Source: Octopus sinensis (lineage: Eukaryota). Taken from it: a stretch of 64,000 bases of DNA. A model generated the notes under the pieces. The model worked only from the letters and a program-made list of their open reading frames with translations. It had not been told where the DNA came from and did not search any database. Positions 35,311 to 49,800 of this stretch are shown one piece after another. The translations under genes were made by a program, and so were the position numbers. Where the stretch lies: assembly GCF_006345805.1 (NCBI RefSeq), contig NC_042998.1, positions 53,382,001 through 53,446,000 on the forward strand. The letters run 5' to 3'. Position 1 is the first letter of the stretch. The number at the start of each line of letters is the position of its first letter.

Positions 35311-38300
35311 AGAGGAAAGACGAAGAGAAAAGGAAGATGGAGGAAAAGAGTGGCTGTGTGGTAAGTAGCTTGCTTATGAACCACATGGTTCCAGGTTCAG
35401 TCTCACTGCATGACAACTTGGGCAAGTGTCTTCTACTATATTCTTGGGTCGGCCAAAACCTTGAGAGTGGATTTGGTAGACAGAAACTGAAAGAAGCCTG
35501 TCAATATATGTATATATATATATATATGTATGTTTGTGTGTATACATTTGAGTGTCTGTGTTTGTCCCCCCCAACATTGCTTGACGACTGATGCTGGTGT
35601 GTTTACGTCCCCATAACTTGGTGGTTCAGCAAAAGAGGCTGATAGAATAAGTACTAGGGTTACAAAAAATAAGTCCTGGAGTCAATTTGCTTGACTAAAG
35701 GTGGTGCTCTAGCATGGCCACAGTCAAATGACTGAAACAAGTAAAAGTGTAAAAGTGTAATTAACATGTAGTTACATTTTGATATATATACATACAAATA
35801 CACACACACAAACACACACTCACACACATATATATCATCACTATTTTGTAACCTTCTAACCCCACTTGGCCAGTTCATCACAACAAACCTTTCAGAATAA
35901 TACATTCCCATTACCCATCTGCTTAAATCATTGGAGACAATAACATTTACAAGAAAATAGAGTGAAGCAAGAAATGTGGTAATCAAATATAATTACTTGA
36001 ATCTAAGAAGAAAACAATAAGCTAGAATGTGTATTTATTCAGCAAAAAAAAAAAAATGGTTAATATAACAAAAGCCAAACATGGTGAAAGCAAAATATGT
36101 TGTGTTTTTCTTATTAACATAACTCAGTTTTGGAATTTTATTGGTGCAATAAGTCATATTTAAGAGTACAACATTGTATCTAAAATTAAACATTTAGATG
36201 CCACATCCAAAATGTTCTGAAATGATAATAGAGTATGAGAAAAGTATTGATAAGTTGATAAAATATGTGAGATATGAGGTGATAAAGATTGAACTAAAAG
36301 GTATGAGTTTAGCAGTGTTTAAGCTTTTGGGATTTGTGAATAACATAAACTAAGATAAGTGAAATATATTTGGTTTATATATTTTATAGGACAAAATTAT
36401 CAGGAAATTCTGAAAATTATTGAATAAGAACTACAGTGAGTAATGCCTTAATTTGACTGCACTTTTATGCAATTGAATTAGCTCTCTCTCTCTCTCTCTT
36501 ACTGAGCCACTTCCAGTTGTCTTGCCTCTACCAACATATATTCCTTACTCTCACCACACCTTAAATCTTTCTCTCATCAGATACTCATGTTGTCTATCAC
36601 CCACATACCATCTACTTGTCCTTCACCATTCTCTTATCTACTATACCTAGCAAAATACTTAGCAGCATTTCATCTGGCCTTTTATTCTGTGTTCAAATGC
36701 CAGTGAGTTTGACTTTGCCTTTCATCCTATCGGCATTGATAAAATAAAGTACCAGTTGAGTACTGGAGTTGATGTAATTGGCTAACTCAGTCTCCATGAT
36801 TTCAGAATTTGTGTTTATTGTATAAGAGATGTTTAGTATTATTATTACTCTGCTGCTGCTCACTACTTTCTGTACTGCCAGCCATCACCTACTCTCCCTT
36901 ACCTCCTTCCAACTCATATTTATCATCAACCACCTTTCCACTCTTGCTCAGTATTCATTATATTCTCCTCTAACTCTACTTATCCTCTAAGCATCCCTCA
37001 CTCTCCCCATACCCATCCTTCCCATTCTTTTATTGTCTCTCACTTCTATTCACCTTCTTATGTCTTGATGGCTCACTCTGACACTTTGTTAGCTCCATTT
37101 TTATTTCTTTTCTGCTCCACCCTGATTACTCCTACCATTTTTATATTATGTAAACAGCCATGTATGTATTTCCTTTACAGCAAGAAAGCTGTTCCAGCTT
37201 CTATCATATTTTGACTTCACATCACCTAGCTTAGAGCTACTTTTCTCTCTACTGTAGTTGCTATTCAGTTAAAGGGGATCTTAGTTTTGTGAGTGACAGG
37301 CAACTCACTAGAAAAAAGGCATTCTGTACACTCTATAAAGTGTTTAGCATTAGATAGAGCATCAAGCCATAGAAATTACACTAAATCAAACACTGGAGCA
37401 TGATAGTTCTAAGATCTGTTGGATTCTTTTGAATCATCTTGCCATACCAGCTTGGAAGACAAACATTAAAAGATGATGATAATGATAATGACGACGACGA
37501 TGATGATGATTTGAGCAAACTTCTGAAAAACTATGGAAGCATAAATTCATTAAAGAAAGAAGCTGACTAAATTCATTATAAACAAAGAATATTACAAAAA
37601 GTTACTAAAGCAAAACAAAATATAAAAATATGAAATTGTATTTGAAAGAAATAAAACAATCTGAAAACCTGTAATCTAGAGATCTGTAATCGTAAATTAT
37701 AATTCTGATGCTTAGAACTTGTAATATTATGTATGGCAGACTTTTTCTGATTTATTTTTCATATAACTTCTGTATTAAACAGTTGATGTTCTTTTGTATT
37801 TTATTTTGTCTTGAGAATTGTATCATCCTATTGCTTCATATATCAAGTGATTTTTATCCCATGGTTTTAACATTTAACTTCTAATGTATCACAAGTCAGT
37901 ATGTAAATATATTTCTGAATGGTATAAAAACAAGTTTGAAAACTTAATGCTTTACTACATAAAAATAACATATCTTTATTTTCATAAAACACATGAATCC
38001 AAACTAAATCACATGCACCACATGTAGCAGTGTTTATGAATACTCAGACAAAGAAAAAAAAAATACATGGAGATAAATGTCTTCATGTTGCATGAATTTT
38101 TGCATGTCTATTTGGTTCATATATTTTATTCTTGTCTGCTTACAAAAGAATGTACGTATATTTATTGTGGTTGTTTAAGAATATCTGGCATTAATTTTGC
38201 AGGATTACTGTTCATTGATTAGTGTTTATTGTTGCTTTCATATAATCTCACTCTCTCGAAGAGTGAAATAACTGAAGTCAAAGAGCTGTAAGTTTGGGTT

Positions 38301-38494
38301 CCATCCTAATGTATGGCAATATGGTCATGTGTCCTTTACAATGTACCCATGCCAATCAAATCCTTGTAAGTAGATGTGGTAAAGGGAAACTGAAAGAAGC
38401 CTATCACATATGTATATGTATGTATATATGCATACATATACCAACATAGCTATACATATATGTTTTTTTATGCATATTCGTATGTGTGTGTGTG

Positions 38495-38880
38495 TGTTTG
38501 CAATGCATCTTCATCCTTTTCAAACTCCACCCATCTAACACCCATGGACATATTTACAAAGTCAGAAAACAGCACAGCTCCCATGACTTTCGGAAGCATT
38601 TCTTCATGCTAAGAGTTGCTGAAGTATGGAACAAACTGCCAGCATCAGTTGTTAGTTGTCGAAGCACTGCATCCTTCAAAACTTCCATGCTTTCTGAGAT
38701 TCGCCAACACTACACCTGATTTTCTCCCCTCCATACACACACAAGCATGTATCTGACTCATACATTGTTCGCTTTCCAGACATTTGTACATTACTGCATA
38801 TACTTTATACACACTTTCTGACAAGTTGTGGTGCACCTGAGCACTGTATATAATAATTTCATTATTATTATTTATATTAT
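38495..38880 (+). mobile_element. CR1-clade LINE 3' end with (ATT)n tail
   Basis: SNTHGHIYKVRK...FRKHFFMLRVAEVWNKLPASVVSCRSTASFK* matches the CR1 ORF2 C-terminal motif. Confidence 0.8.
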
Positions 38881-39318
38881 TATATCTTGACATCATGCAA
38901 CAGTTATAGATAAATGTCACTGTCATACAAGCAGTGTCTTTCATTTCCAATCTCCTGTGCAAATATGTATGGCTATGTGAAAATATTACCGCTCCTCGAA
39001 ACAGATGTCGAGTTGTGACAGGAGTAGCATCTGGTCATAGAAAATTTGCCTTCACAAGTTTTATCTGACTCATGCATGCATGGGAAAGTGGATATTACAT
39101 GAGTATGATCACACACACACACACACACATGTATATGTATGTATGTATTACCACACTTGGAGACAGATGAAGATTGGTGACAGGAAGAGTATATGTCCAT
39201 AGAAAATCTGCCTCAACAAACTGTCCGACTGGTGCAAGCATGGAAATGGGGGCATTAAACTGATGATAATATGTGTGTGTGTGTGTATGTGCATGTGTGT
39301 ATGTATGTATGTGTGTGT

Positions 39319-39568
39319 GTGGAGACATGTGGCTTAGTGGCTAGGGTGTCAGCATCATGATCGTAAGATTGTGGTTTCGATTCCTGGACCAGGCGACGCG
39401 TTGTGTACTTGAGCAAAACACTTCATTTCACATTGCTCCAGTCCACTCAGCTGGCAAAAATGAGTAACGCTGTGATGGATTGGCGTCCCATCCAGCTGGG
39501 GAACATAAACACCATGAAAAGTGGGAAACCGGGCCCATGAACCTGGCTAGGCTTTAAAAGGGCGCATA

Positions 39569-39570
<2 letters not shown>
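39319..39570 (+). mobile_element. SINE family C variant; related copies at 15330-15415 (-), 44820-45130 (+), 60004-60280 (+)
   Basis: ggagacatgtggcttagtggctaggg (A box)...gtttcgattcctggacc (B box)...ttgagcaaaacacttcatttcac. Confidence 0.8.
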
Positions 39571-39646
<76 letters not shown>

Positions 39647-40059
39647 ATGTGTATGTAAGCTAAAATGAAAACTAAAATGTTTTCTATAATTCTATTGCCA
39701 GTGACTTTGAAGCTACACATTCTGAATTGTCAGAGTAATTTTGCTCAAATGAATATTTTCATATTTGCATGCATAAGTATGCATGTTTATACATACATAC
39801 ATACAAACATACATGCATACATACACATTTAACTTCCTAGACATCTCAATGCTTCTAAAGCAAACTTTGTTTATTTTCCTCGTAATTTGAATTAATACCT
39901 ACATGCATGCATACATACATACATGCATACACACACACATACATACATACATACATAAATACATGGTGGCTGCCCCCTTTTTATTGAGTATAGCCATTGC
40001 ATAAAGCTTAACCAATGTTGTTATTGTGCAATGCCTGTGCAAGAAGATTGTTTTTAAAG

Positions 40060-40461
40060 TGAGGAAAGGCTGTGCACAGAGTCAATCCCACTCACTAAAC
40101 AACAGCAGCCATAATCCGAAAAGAAGAACAAGTCAGCATCATCGGTAACCACTGAGCCACAGGTTTTATGTCGGAGTTATCGCACTTGCCTGAGTTACCT
40201 TCTCCTAGAAGGATGCCCGAACAAAGGTTAGGAGTCATTCACTTCCAATGGTTTGATCACGCGATCGGGTATTCAGTCCGATTATTTCTATGTCCCCGCG
40301 CATGATACAGCCTTAAGACATTTATTGGATGGCCGTTGACTCTCAAGAGTTCCTCTGCCCTTTAACGAGTTTTTGTTTTTCATCCCGCAGGATGTCCAAT
40401 AAATACCCTCCTCACCAAGGAAGCTTGGTGGGGTTGCCGGTTTAATCGCCGACAACCCCAC
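40060..40461 (-). mobile_element. CpG-rich segment, possibly the 5' UTR of an RTE-type element, with terminal hairpins
   Basis: Minus strand ctaggagaaggtaactc...taaaacctg resembles RTE 5' regions; hairpins at 40413-40430 and 40428-40461. Confidence 0.35.
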
Positions 40462-41201
40462 ATAAATACATACACACATACATACATACATACATAGATA
40501 CATAACATAACCTAACATAATATACATACATACATACATACATACATACATACATACATACATACATACATACATACATACATGCATGCATATAGTTCAA
40601 ATTTACAGAATACAAAGACAAAGACAGATGAAGGAACAACAAACTGGTGTATCAGTTTGACACTTGGGAAGAATGGAAAAGTCTTTGATATTTTGAGCCT
40701 ATGCTCTTCAACAGAAAGGGTCGAGAGAGAAAAATGGAGAGGGAATGAAAAGAAAGAGAAAGTGACGAAAATATGTATGTATTAACGGTTCAACATGTTA
40801 GCAATTTTACCATTCAGGTGTCAGCTCTTATTGGTGATTACACTAAACTCCCATGGTTGTGTGATCTCTCAGGATTCTGTGTGGTCCGAGGAGGACCTAT
40901 AATTTCATGCTTGCCTGGGGAAGTGTTCAGTCTTAATTATGCATGCTGTGCATATGAGGTGCATTTATGGATTACATGTTTTAGTAATTTGACTGTGGCT
41001 ATGCTGGGTCACCACCTTGAAGGGTTTTTTTGTCGAACAGACCAACTCCAAGTCTTATCTATTTAAGCCTAGTGCTTATTCTATAGGTCTCTGTTGCTGA
41101 ACCACACCACTAAGTTATGGTAATGTAAGTACATCAACATTGGTTGTCAAGCAGTGGTGGGGAACAAACACAAATACAAATACACGCATTTAGATATATA
41201 C

Positions 41202-41264
<63 letters not shown>

Positions 41265-41279
41265 TATATACATACATAC

Positions 41280-41327
<48 letters not shown>

Positions 41328-41501
41328 GCTTCTTTCAATTTTTTTCTACCAAATCTACTCACAAGGCATTGGTCGGTTTGAGGCTATAGTAGAAGACATT
41401 TACCCAAGGCACCATGCAGTGGGACTGGGCCTGAAGCCATGTGGTTGGAAAGCAAGCTTCTTACCACACAGCCATGCCTGTGCCTATAAAACAATAAATG
41501 C

Positions 41502-41600
41502 CTCCCTGGCAGGGAATCAAGCTTCAGTATCCCATGTGACAAGCAATGATACTACCTCCAGTCTCCCATGTGACAGGCAGTGATACTATACTACCGAGAA
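41502..41600 (-). pseudogene. tRNA-Asp(GTC)-derived relic with a duplicated anticodon arm
   Basis: RC ttctcggtagtat-agtatcactgcctGTCacatgggagactggaggt-agtatcattgcttGTCacatgggatactgaagcttgattccctgccagggag versus canonical TCCTCG.TAGTATAGTGGT.AGTATCCCCGCCTGTCACGCGGGAGACCGGGGTTC.ATTCCCCG.CGGGGAG. Confidence 0.65.
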
Positions 41601-41703
41601 TCAATAAAAGATAATGAAGATAAAAAAGATGATAAATAAATACCAAGTTTAAGCCTATACTTTTGTCTCTCATTTTAAGTATATATCTAAAAAATGTGTA
41701 TAT

Positions 41704-41736
<33 letters not shown>

Positions 41737-42098
41737 CAAGAGAAGAAACTTAGAATGCATGAGAAACACTTTATTCTTAATGTTGAATAAAACGATATGT
41801 TTATATTAAAAGACATGGGAACAGATATTTCAGAAATGATAGATTGCTTTAAAAAGCTGAAATTTCCTCACAATATGAAGCATATTAGCAATAGCAATCT
41901 ATTGTTATTACTTCTTGCACTGTTTTAAAATTTATTGACATGTTAGAGATGCATTTGCACTAATACTTAGAATGAAAAGTAATGATTTAATTTCACATAA
42001 TTTCTACGGAAGCTATTCTACATATATATACACACACACATGATACATATATATAAATTATATAAAGAGACACATGTACACACACACACACATATGAA

Positions 42099-42207
<109 letters not shown>

Positions 42208-42932
42208 TATGTATATCTCAAGAGCTATTTCGGTAACTATTTAAATTTCAAATTTCATTCAGTCACATCATCGTAAATTCTAATACTAAATGTTCTTTCA
42301 ACATCAGAATGTTCAATTGGAAAATTTTCCCTAAGGGCAGTATTCTAAGTGCCTTTGTTTTTCGTGTATGTTTAGGAAATTTAAAAATGGCTGTTCACAA
42401 ATATAACAAAGGAAGTTGGTTATATATAATTTATTTTTATATCAGTATTAACCAACAAATATTAAAACAAAAAAAAAAATACTCAATTAAGCTTACTGAT
42501 AAAATAATGTAAATTTCTCAGTATAATTTGTCTGCCAACATAAAGCCCATAATGTTATACACAAATGTGTTTTTGTTGTAAATCAAAACGATCACATCCA
42601 AAATTCTCTTTTTCTGTTTTTTTTTTTTTCATGTTTTGATACAGCATTAGAATTTATATTTGAATTGCGAAAATAAAAACCTCTTGGAAGATAATTTAGC
42701 AACAGTTCCTAAATTGTAGAAAATGAAACGCTAAGAGAGTAACAGAAATACCGTTAATTCAAGTATCACGTTGTGTAAAGCTTAGCAAGGCAAAATTTGT
42801 CTATAGGAATGTTAGGTTCAAATTTTGGCACAAGACCAGAAATTTCAGGAGATGGGTTAAGTTGATTACATCAATCCCAATGCTCAACTGGCACTTATTT
42901 ATCAACCCTCAAAGGATGAAAAGCAAAGTTAA

Positions 42933-43157
42933 CCCTTTTGTTACCAACCCGACTGAAACCGCCTCTGGCTCTGTATATGTACAAATGTCTTTGTTTTCAT
43001 AAGTTTTGAATTAAAATCTTCCACCAAACCTTACTCATAATTTATGTTCCTAACACTAGCTTAATGATAACTAAAATATTTTACTAAATTCTTTGTTATA
43101 TTTTAAATAAATGAAAGAAACACAGAGCATCTCAAAATAAATACAGTAATGAAAGGG
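42933..43157. mobile_element. TTAA-flanked MITE (piggyBac-type) inserted into a family B SINE; second copy at 48796-49017
   Basis: ttaa|cccttttgttac ... gtaatgaaaggg|ttaa; the SINE sequence resumes on both sides. Confidence 0.85.
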
Positions 43158-44133
43158 TTAACCCCGGCAGAATTTGAACTCAGAACACAAGGACAGATGA
43201 AATGCCAGTAACAATTTTGTCTGGTATGCTAACAACTCAGCAAATTTACCACCTTTGTCTGTCTGTAGGAATATTGATTTCTTACATAATGACAAGGTCC
43301 CAAATTTTGGGGAGGTGATGACTTGTTAAAATCCACTCAATACTTAACAAATGCTTTATTTTATCAAATCCCATCAAGAGGATGAAAGGCAAATTAGACA
43401 TTGCTAGAATTTGAACTCAGAATGTTTAGTACTACTAGAGGACATTTTGAGCAATGTGGGTTGCACTCTAGGGCCTGTTGCATAAGCCTGCATTAGGGGC
43501 AGATTAGCAGTGACAAACTCAAGGGCTGTCCTGGGTAGTACACATAGTAGCTATTTTTATCAGTTGCCTTTTACTTGTTTCAGTCATAAGACTGCAGCCA
43601 TGCAACCATCTCAAAGAATTTTAGACAAATGAGTCAACCTCAGTACATTTTTTTAAAGCCTGATAGTTATTCTGCTGTTCTCTTTTTGCTGAACTGCTAA
43701 GTTACAGGGACATAAACACACCAACAGTGGTTGTTAAGTGGTGGTGGGAAACAAACACACACACACACACACATAACAAACTTCTTTCAATTTCTCTCAA
43801 CCAACTCCACACATAAGGCTTTGGTTGGCTTAAGGCCGTAATAGAATACCTTATCCAAGGTACCATGTAATGGAGCTGAACCCAAAGACAAATGGTTGGG
43901 AGGCAAACATCTTGCCACACCGCCATGCTTGCTCTTATGCCACTGCTGGTAGAAATTAACATGTATTAACATGCACTTGAGTTAGAGAATGCCTGTAATA
44001 GTTTGAGTTTGAAATGTTGTGCACTCCTGTTGATTTCATTTCCAGCTTTGGTCAATTTCAGCAAAACAGCTGTTATCATTTAGTGAAATGGGCAGCAAAC
44101 TGGCTGAATTTTGAGCACACCAGACAAAATGCC

Positions 44134-44365
44134 TAGGCGGCGAGCTGGCAGAAACGTTAGCACGTCAGGCGAAATGCTTTGCGGTATTTCATCTGCCATT
44201 ACGTTCTGAGTTCAAATTCCGCCGAGGTCGACTTTACCTTTCATCCTTTCGGGGTCGATAAATTAAGTACCAGTTACGCACTGGGATCGATGTAATCGAC
44301 TTAATACCTATGTCTGTCCTTGTTTGTTCCCTCTTTGTTTAGCCCCTTGTGGGTAATAAAGAAAT
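44134..44365 (+). mobile_element. Well-preserved family B SINE nested within an older family B SINE (44090-44510)
   Basis: CpG-retaining ggcggcgagctggcagaaacgttagcacg...cgaggtcgac...; the outer copy is split at a repeated tagg. Confidence 0.8.
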
Positions 44366-45329
44366 AGGTATTTTGTTCATCTTTACATTCAGAGTTCAAA
44401 TTCCAAGGTTGACTTTGCCTTTCATCTTTTTGAACTTTGGGGTCGATACAACTGACTTAGCCCCCACCTCTAAAATTTCTGGGCTTGGGCCAAAATTTAA
44501 AGTTATTATTTAGTGAAATAACCTCCAAGTCAAATATTTGTCAGACACCAAGCATCCCAAAAAGAAGATGCTTTTGTTGACTGAAAATAGCCAATAAACA
44601 ACAGTCAGATGCTCTCTTTCTGAAAATGTTTTCTATTACATCAGGTTGTCAATGTTACATCACAGTGGACATTCTTACTGGAGCCAAAATTAAGATCTTT
44701 GCTAACTGAGCGACAAGATCACAGGACAATCAAATACGGAGCAAAATTGTGATTATAGCGACTGATTGCAGGAGTAAATATATGTCTATATATATATGGG
44801 TGTATATATTTATCTATGTATGGAGGCGCAATGGCCCAGTGGTTGGGGCAGCGGACTCATGGTTGTAGGTTCGCAGTTTCGATTGTCAGACCGGGCGTTG
44901 GGAGTGTTTATTGAGCGAAAACACCTAAAGCTCCATGAGGCTCCGGCAGGGGGTGGTGGCGATCCCTGCTGTACTCTTTTGCCACAACTTTCCCTCTTTC
45001 TTCTGTTGGCCTGCTCACTTAGTCAGCGGGGTTGCATCATTTGAAGGCTAAAACAATGCGAAGCACATTGTGACCAGCGATGTGTAGCAACATCTCATAG
45101 CCTGGTCGGTCACGGTGATCACGGTGATATTTATCTATGTGTCTATGTGTAAGAGAGACAGTCTGGAGTAGATATGGAAGGACAACAGGGTAACAATTAT
45201 GGTATGTGTTCATTTGTCTTTCCTCATCAGCATATTTCTGAACAAGTGTTTCTATTTTGATGTTTACGTGCATTTCTGAAAAATACGATTTATGAATTAA
45301 TGTATTTAATGGGGAAGAATTAGTCAGTT

Positions 45330-45425
45330 AGTGGTGGTGGTAGTGGTGGCGGCAGCAGCAACGGCGGCGGCGGAGGCGGCAGCAGCAGCAGCAGCAGTAA
45401 CAGTAGTAGTAGTAGTAGTAGTAAT
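45330..45425. repeat. Compound trinucleotide tract GGT/GGC/GCA/GTA
   Basis: Directly visible. Confidence 0.9.
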
Positions 45426-46007
45426 TTAGAGTCTGTTGTAAGGCATTGTGTTTGTGTTAGCTGACTGTATGTTGTCCTAATAACATACCTAAGGAGCACA
45501 TTGATGAAATAAATTTATTTGTTATTTAGGTAATAACAACATTTACATTATATACAAAAGTTTTTCTGATAGTTACCAGTGGTATATTGTAGAAAGTCAG
45601 AACTGAATTTAGCTGCATTTAAATTGTAAACAGAAAAGTGTTACTTGAGAGTTGATAATAAAAATTTGTCCAACGTTATAGAAATCCTTTTTGCAGTGGA
45701 CTGAAATTCAGCAAAGGAAGAGTTGACATCGTAAAGATCTGTTGCTTCTGCTATGCTGGGCCACATTCTGGCTTGATCTTGGTGGGTGTTCACCTTAAGA
45801 CTGTGACAAGTGTGGGGAGCCTCTAAAAACTCAAAGAAAGTTCTAGTACATAGAGAAAATTCTACAGCATGGTATGATATTTCTGCAAGCTGTTTGGTGA
45901 GTAATCAGGGCATGTCACCTGACCTGATTGTGGTTTTAACTGGTAACTAAAATGTGAGGTTTCTATTCTAGGTCTCACAACAATAATAGTGAATTGATGA
46001 TATTGAT

Positions 46008-46047
<40 letters not shown>

Positions 46048-46052
46048 TTATA

Positions 46053-46335
46053 TGAGAATGATCCCTGGCTTATCATCCCTGCAAGAAGTGCAAAAGATTG
46101 TCTTAACTGGTACATCACACGTATTGAGAAGAGCATTGTCGATGTGAGAACTGTTGCTGCTCATGTATTTTAATTTAACTTTAAAAAAAAAAAAAAAAAA
46201 TTAATGAACTATTGAGTTTGGTTTAATGGCCTACCGATGTATACTATGAGTTTCTTTGCCCTAGGAGTCAGGAAGACACTCAGCAAGAAATGGAAGCAAA
46301 TTTGAAAGAAGGAAAAAAAAAAATAATAATAATAA
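46053..46335 (+). mobile_element. Short 3' fragment of a second R4/Dong-type LINE between TAA arrays
   Basis: MIPGLSSLQEVQKIVLTGTSHVLRRALSM* (RLE-LINE C-terminus); (TAA)n at 46010-46050 and 46320-46335. Confidence 0.75.
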
Positions 46336-46639
46336 AAGATTCAAGTGAGGTTGTTGCCAGTACCGCCTGACTGGCCCCCATGCCAGTGGCACATAAAAGC
46401 ACCCACTACACTCTCAGAGTGGTTGGCGTTAGAAAGGGCATCCAGCTGTAGAAACTCTGCCAGATCAAGATTGGAGCCTGGTGCAGCCATCTGGTTCGCC
46501 AGTCCTCAGTCAAATCATCCAACCTATGCTAGCATGGAAAGTGGACATTAAACGATGAATAACAAATGAATAAAAAAATATTGGAAGTGAATGTAGTAAT
46601 GGCAAAAGAAATTTAAAAAAGCTTTATACAAGAGTATCT

Positions 46640-46860
46640 CCAAAGATTTAGATTGGCACCAGTTAAAGGAATGAGGAGTCACAGAGGTTAGATTGAAAAT
46701 CGAAAAAACTGCTCATAATATATGGAACATTTCAGACCAAGAGTGATATTGATAGGCCCTATCTAACAAAGCACAAAAGTTGGCAAGGGCTAATTAGTGG
46801 TGAAAGTTGTATCTGTTCAGAAGGAAAATATTGAGAGTACCATAAAAAGTTACATAGCCA
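46640..46860 (+). pseudogene. R4-clade LINE post-RT fragment
   Basis: KLLIIYGTFQTKSDIDRPYLTK...QGLISGESC resembles the KSDVDRLYLPR..GGRGLIS motif. Confidence 0.55.
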
Positions 46861-49800
46861 TGCTTGCACCCACCCATCCAAAAATTTTAGAGGGTGCTCT
46901 TGAACCCTCTGCACCCACTATTCTTGAGCCTGAGAGTTTATATCATGGCTATCAAAAAATTCACTAAATTCTCTTTGCTTCCTTAACCACTAAAAATTTA
47001 AACCAGCCATATCTGGCCAAAATATCCTGTGTTATGTTCAGACTGACCAAATCTGATTCTTCACACCTATTCTATACTATCATTCTAAAAATAAACTACC
47101 ACAGCATCAAAATCTTGAAGCTGCAAGATATTTCAGAATTAATTCAAAACAATTTGAATTGATAAGCATCACATTTAACAGAATAATCTTCATGGTTGAA
47201 TTTATTTTTCAAAATAAATTATGATTTCTTATTTCTTTAAATCCAGTTTCTTTATTTTGTTTCACATTAAAATCATAAGGGGGAAATTTTGACTGGGGAC
47301 TGTTGCTGCTGCACCTACAGTTGCTTCCAGAGTAATAGAGGGGAGAGAGAGAGAGAGAGTTTACTGAAAGATGGAAGATAGGGTGAAGATTCCCTTCAAG
47401 CATTTTATTCAAATTAAGATATATTTTTCTACTTTTTGTTTGAATTTAAAAACGTTTCTTCCATTTATATGTTTCCCCTCCTTCTAATAGTAATCAATTA
47501 TTCTTTTACGCTTTTACTTGTTTCTGTCATTTGACTGTGGCCATGCTGGAGCACTGCCTTTAGTCAAGCAAATCGACCCCAGGACTTATTCTTTGTAAGC
47601 CTAGTACTTATTCTATTGGTCTCTTTTGCTGAACCACTAAGTTACGAGGATGTAAACACACCAGCATCGGTTGTCCAGCGATGTTGGGGGATGGGGAACA
47701 AACACAGACACACAAACTCATATACATGTATACAACAGGCTTCTTTCAGTTTCTGTCTACCAAATCCAATCACAAGGCTTTGGTTGGCCCAAGGCTATAG
47801 TAGAAGACACTTGCCCAAGGTGCCACGCAGTGGGACTGAACCCGGAACCATGTGGTTGGTAAGCAAGCTACTTACCACACAGCCACTCCTACGCCTATTA
47901 TTAATAATTCCAAATTATTATTGTATATTATTGAAATAACATTATATTGTTTTTATGACTTTGGTTTCTCAAGTAAAAGACATTTATTTTATATCTTTGT
48001 ATCTAGTAGATTAGTGAGTTATCATCATTTATCTCTGATTGTTTTAGTCATTGGACTGCAGTCATGATGAGACACTGCCTTGAAGAGTTGTTTTGTTGAA
48101 GAAATCGATCCCAGTGTGGTAGTTATTTCATTAGTTACTTTTTGTTGAACTGCTATATTCAGCAAAGCAACACTGACAGACAAACAAGCACTAAGACACA
48201 CTCACATAGATTTATACATTTTATGTGGTGTGTGTGTGTGTGTGTGTTTAAAATGGGCTTCTTTGTTTTTTGGTTTCTTTTTTCCCATCTGCCAAATCTA
48301 CTATAGCTCCAGCTCATTGAAAACAAGAAAGATACTTACACAAGTTGCTGCACAGAGGGACTGAACCTAAGACTCCATGCTTGGGAAGCAAACTTGTTAC
48401 CACACATCTATACCTGTGCCTTTATATACTCTATAAAGTTAACTCTAGGTAAGAGTAATCATGATGGAAGTGATCTGGATGCCCATACATAATGCTTCAA
48501 AATGTTTTGAAATTTTAAACCAGATGCCAGGTGAATTGGCAGAATTATTAGTATTGGATAAAATACCTTGAGGTATTTGTTCTTTCTGTATTCTGAGTTC
48601 AAATCCTGCCAAGGTTAACTTTGTCATTCATCCTTTTAGGTTCAATATAAAATTGCCAGTTCAATGTAGAGAGAATTGATGGAGAAGTTAGATGGTCAAA
48701 TGATCTGCCTTTTAGTATCCGTTCTATCTCTTGGCAGTCTCATAGCAATATCTCTAACAACGCTATTGCCAAGCTGTATCAGCCTAAGTCAGTAGCCCTT
48801 TTGTTACTGTATTTATTTTGAGATGCTTTGTATTTCTTTCAATTATTTTAAATATAACAAAGAATTTAGTAAAACAACTTAGTTATCATGAAGCTAGTGT
48901 TAGGAACATAAATTGTGACTAAGGTTTGGTGGAAGATTTTTAATTCAAAACTAATGAAAACATGACATTTGTACTTAGAGCCAGAGCCGGTTTCAGCTGG
49001 GTTGGTTAACGAAAGGGTTAACATCAATGGTACTGGAAAGGAGATACTTGTATTAACAGGAAACTATTAGTGTTCTTCAAAAATCTTACCTAGATTTTCA
49101 TTATGCATATGTGTGCAGATATATGGTCAACACTGATATATATTCAGAGATCCTATGTACCAAGATATGCTAAAATGACTAAGTAACAAAGTAAACAAAG
49201 CACTAGTCAAGGCTAACACTATTCTGGTCAAGTTTATGCATTGTGACACATCAGTCAGTTTTCTGCTAGCAGTGGCATAAATCTGGTCACATTAATTGAT
49301 CCATCAGTCAGTAATCATTAGTATCTTATACAAAACACGTATACATTATTGCTAATTGGGTTTTCCATTGTCAGTTGTGTATTATACAGATAGACATATG
49401 CATATAGAATGTAAGAATTTCCTCACCACCACCATCAATGTTCCAATACTTTACTTCCCTTCTAATATTTTTTATCTCTGCCTATTTTTTATCCTCTCTG
49501 TTGCCATCTCCCCCTGCTTTAATACTTTCCAACCATACTGCTTGAATTATTTGTTTTATTATTGAACATATACTATCTTTTTCTCTCCCTTCCTTCACAT
49601 ATTCTACAGCAAGTCAGTTATATACACACTCATGCACATCCTATTAGTGGTTGGGTATCATGATTTCCTGGGAAAACTCAATAATTTTCCTTTGTAAAAG
49701 TGTATCCCATTGTCAACTAATATTTAATGCTAGTTTATAAACTATCGTTATATTTTTTATTAATGTAATCGTTTCCAGTAACAACTTCATGTTTCAATCA

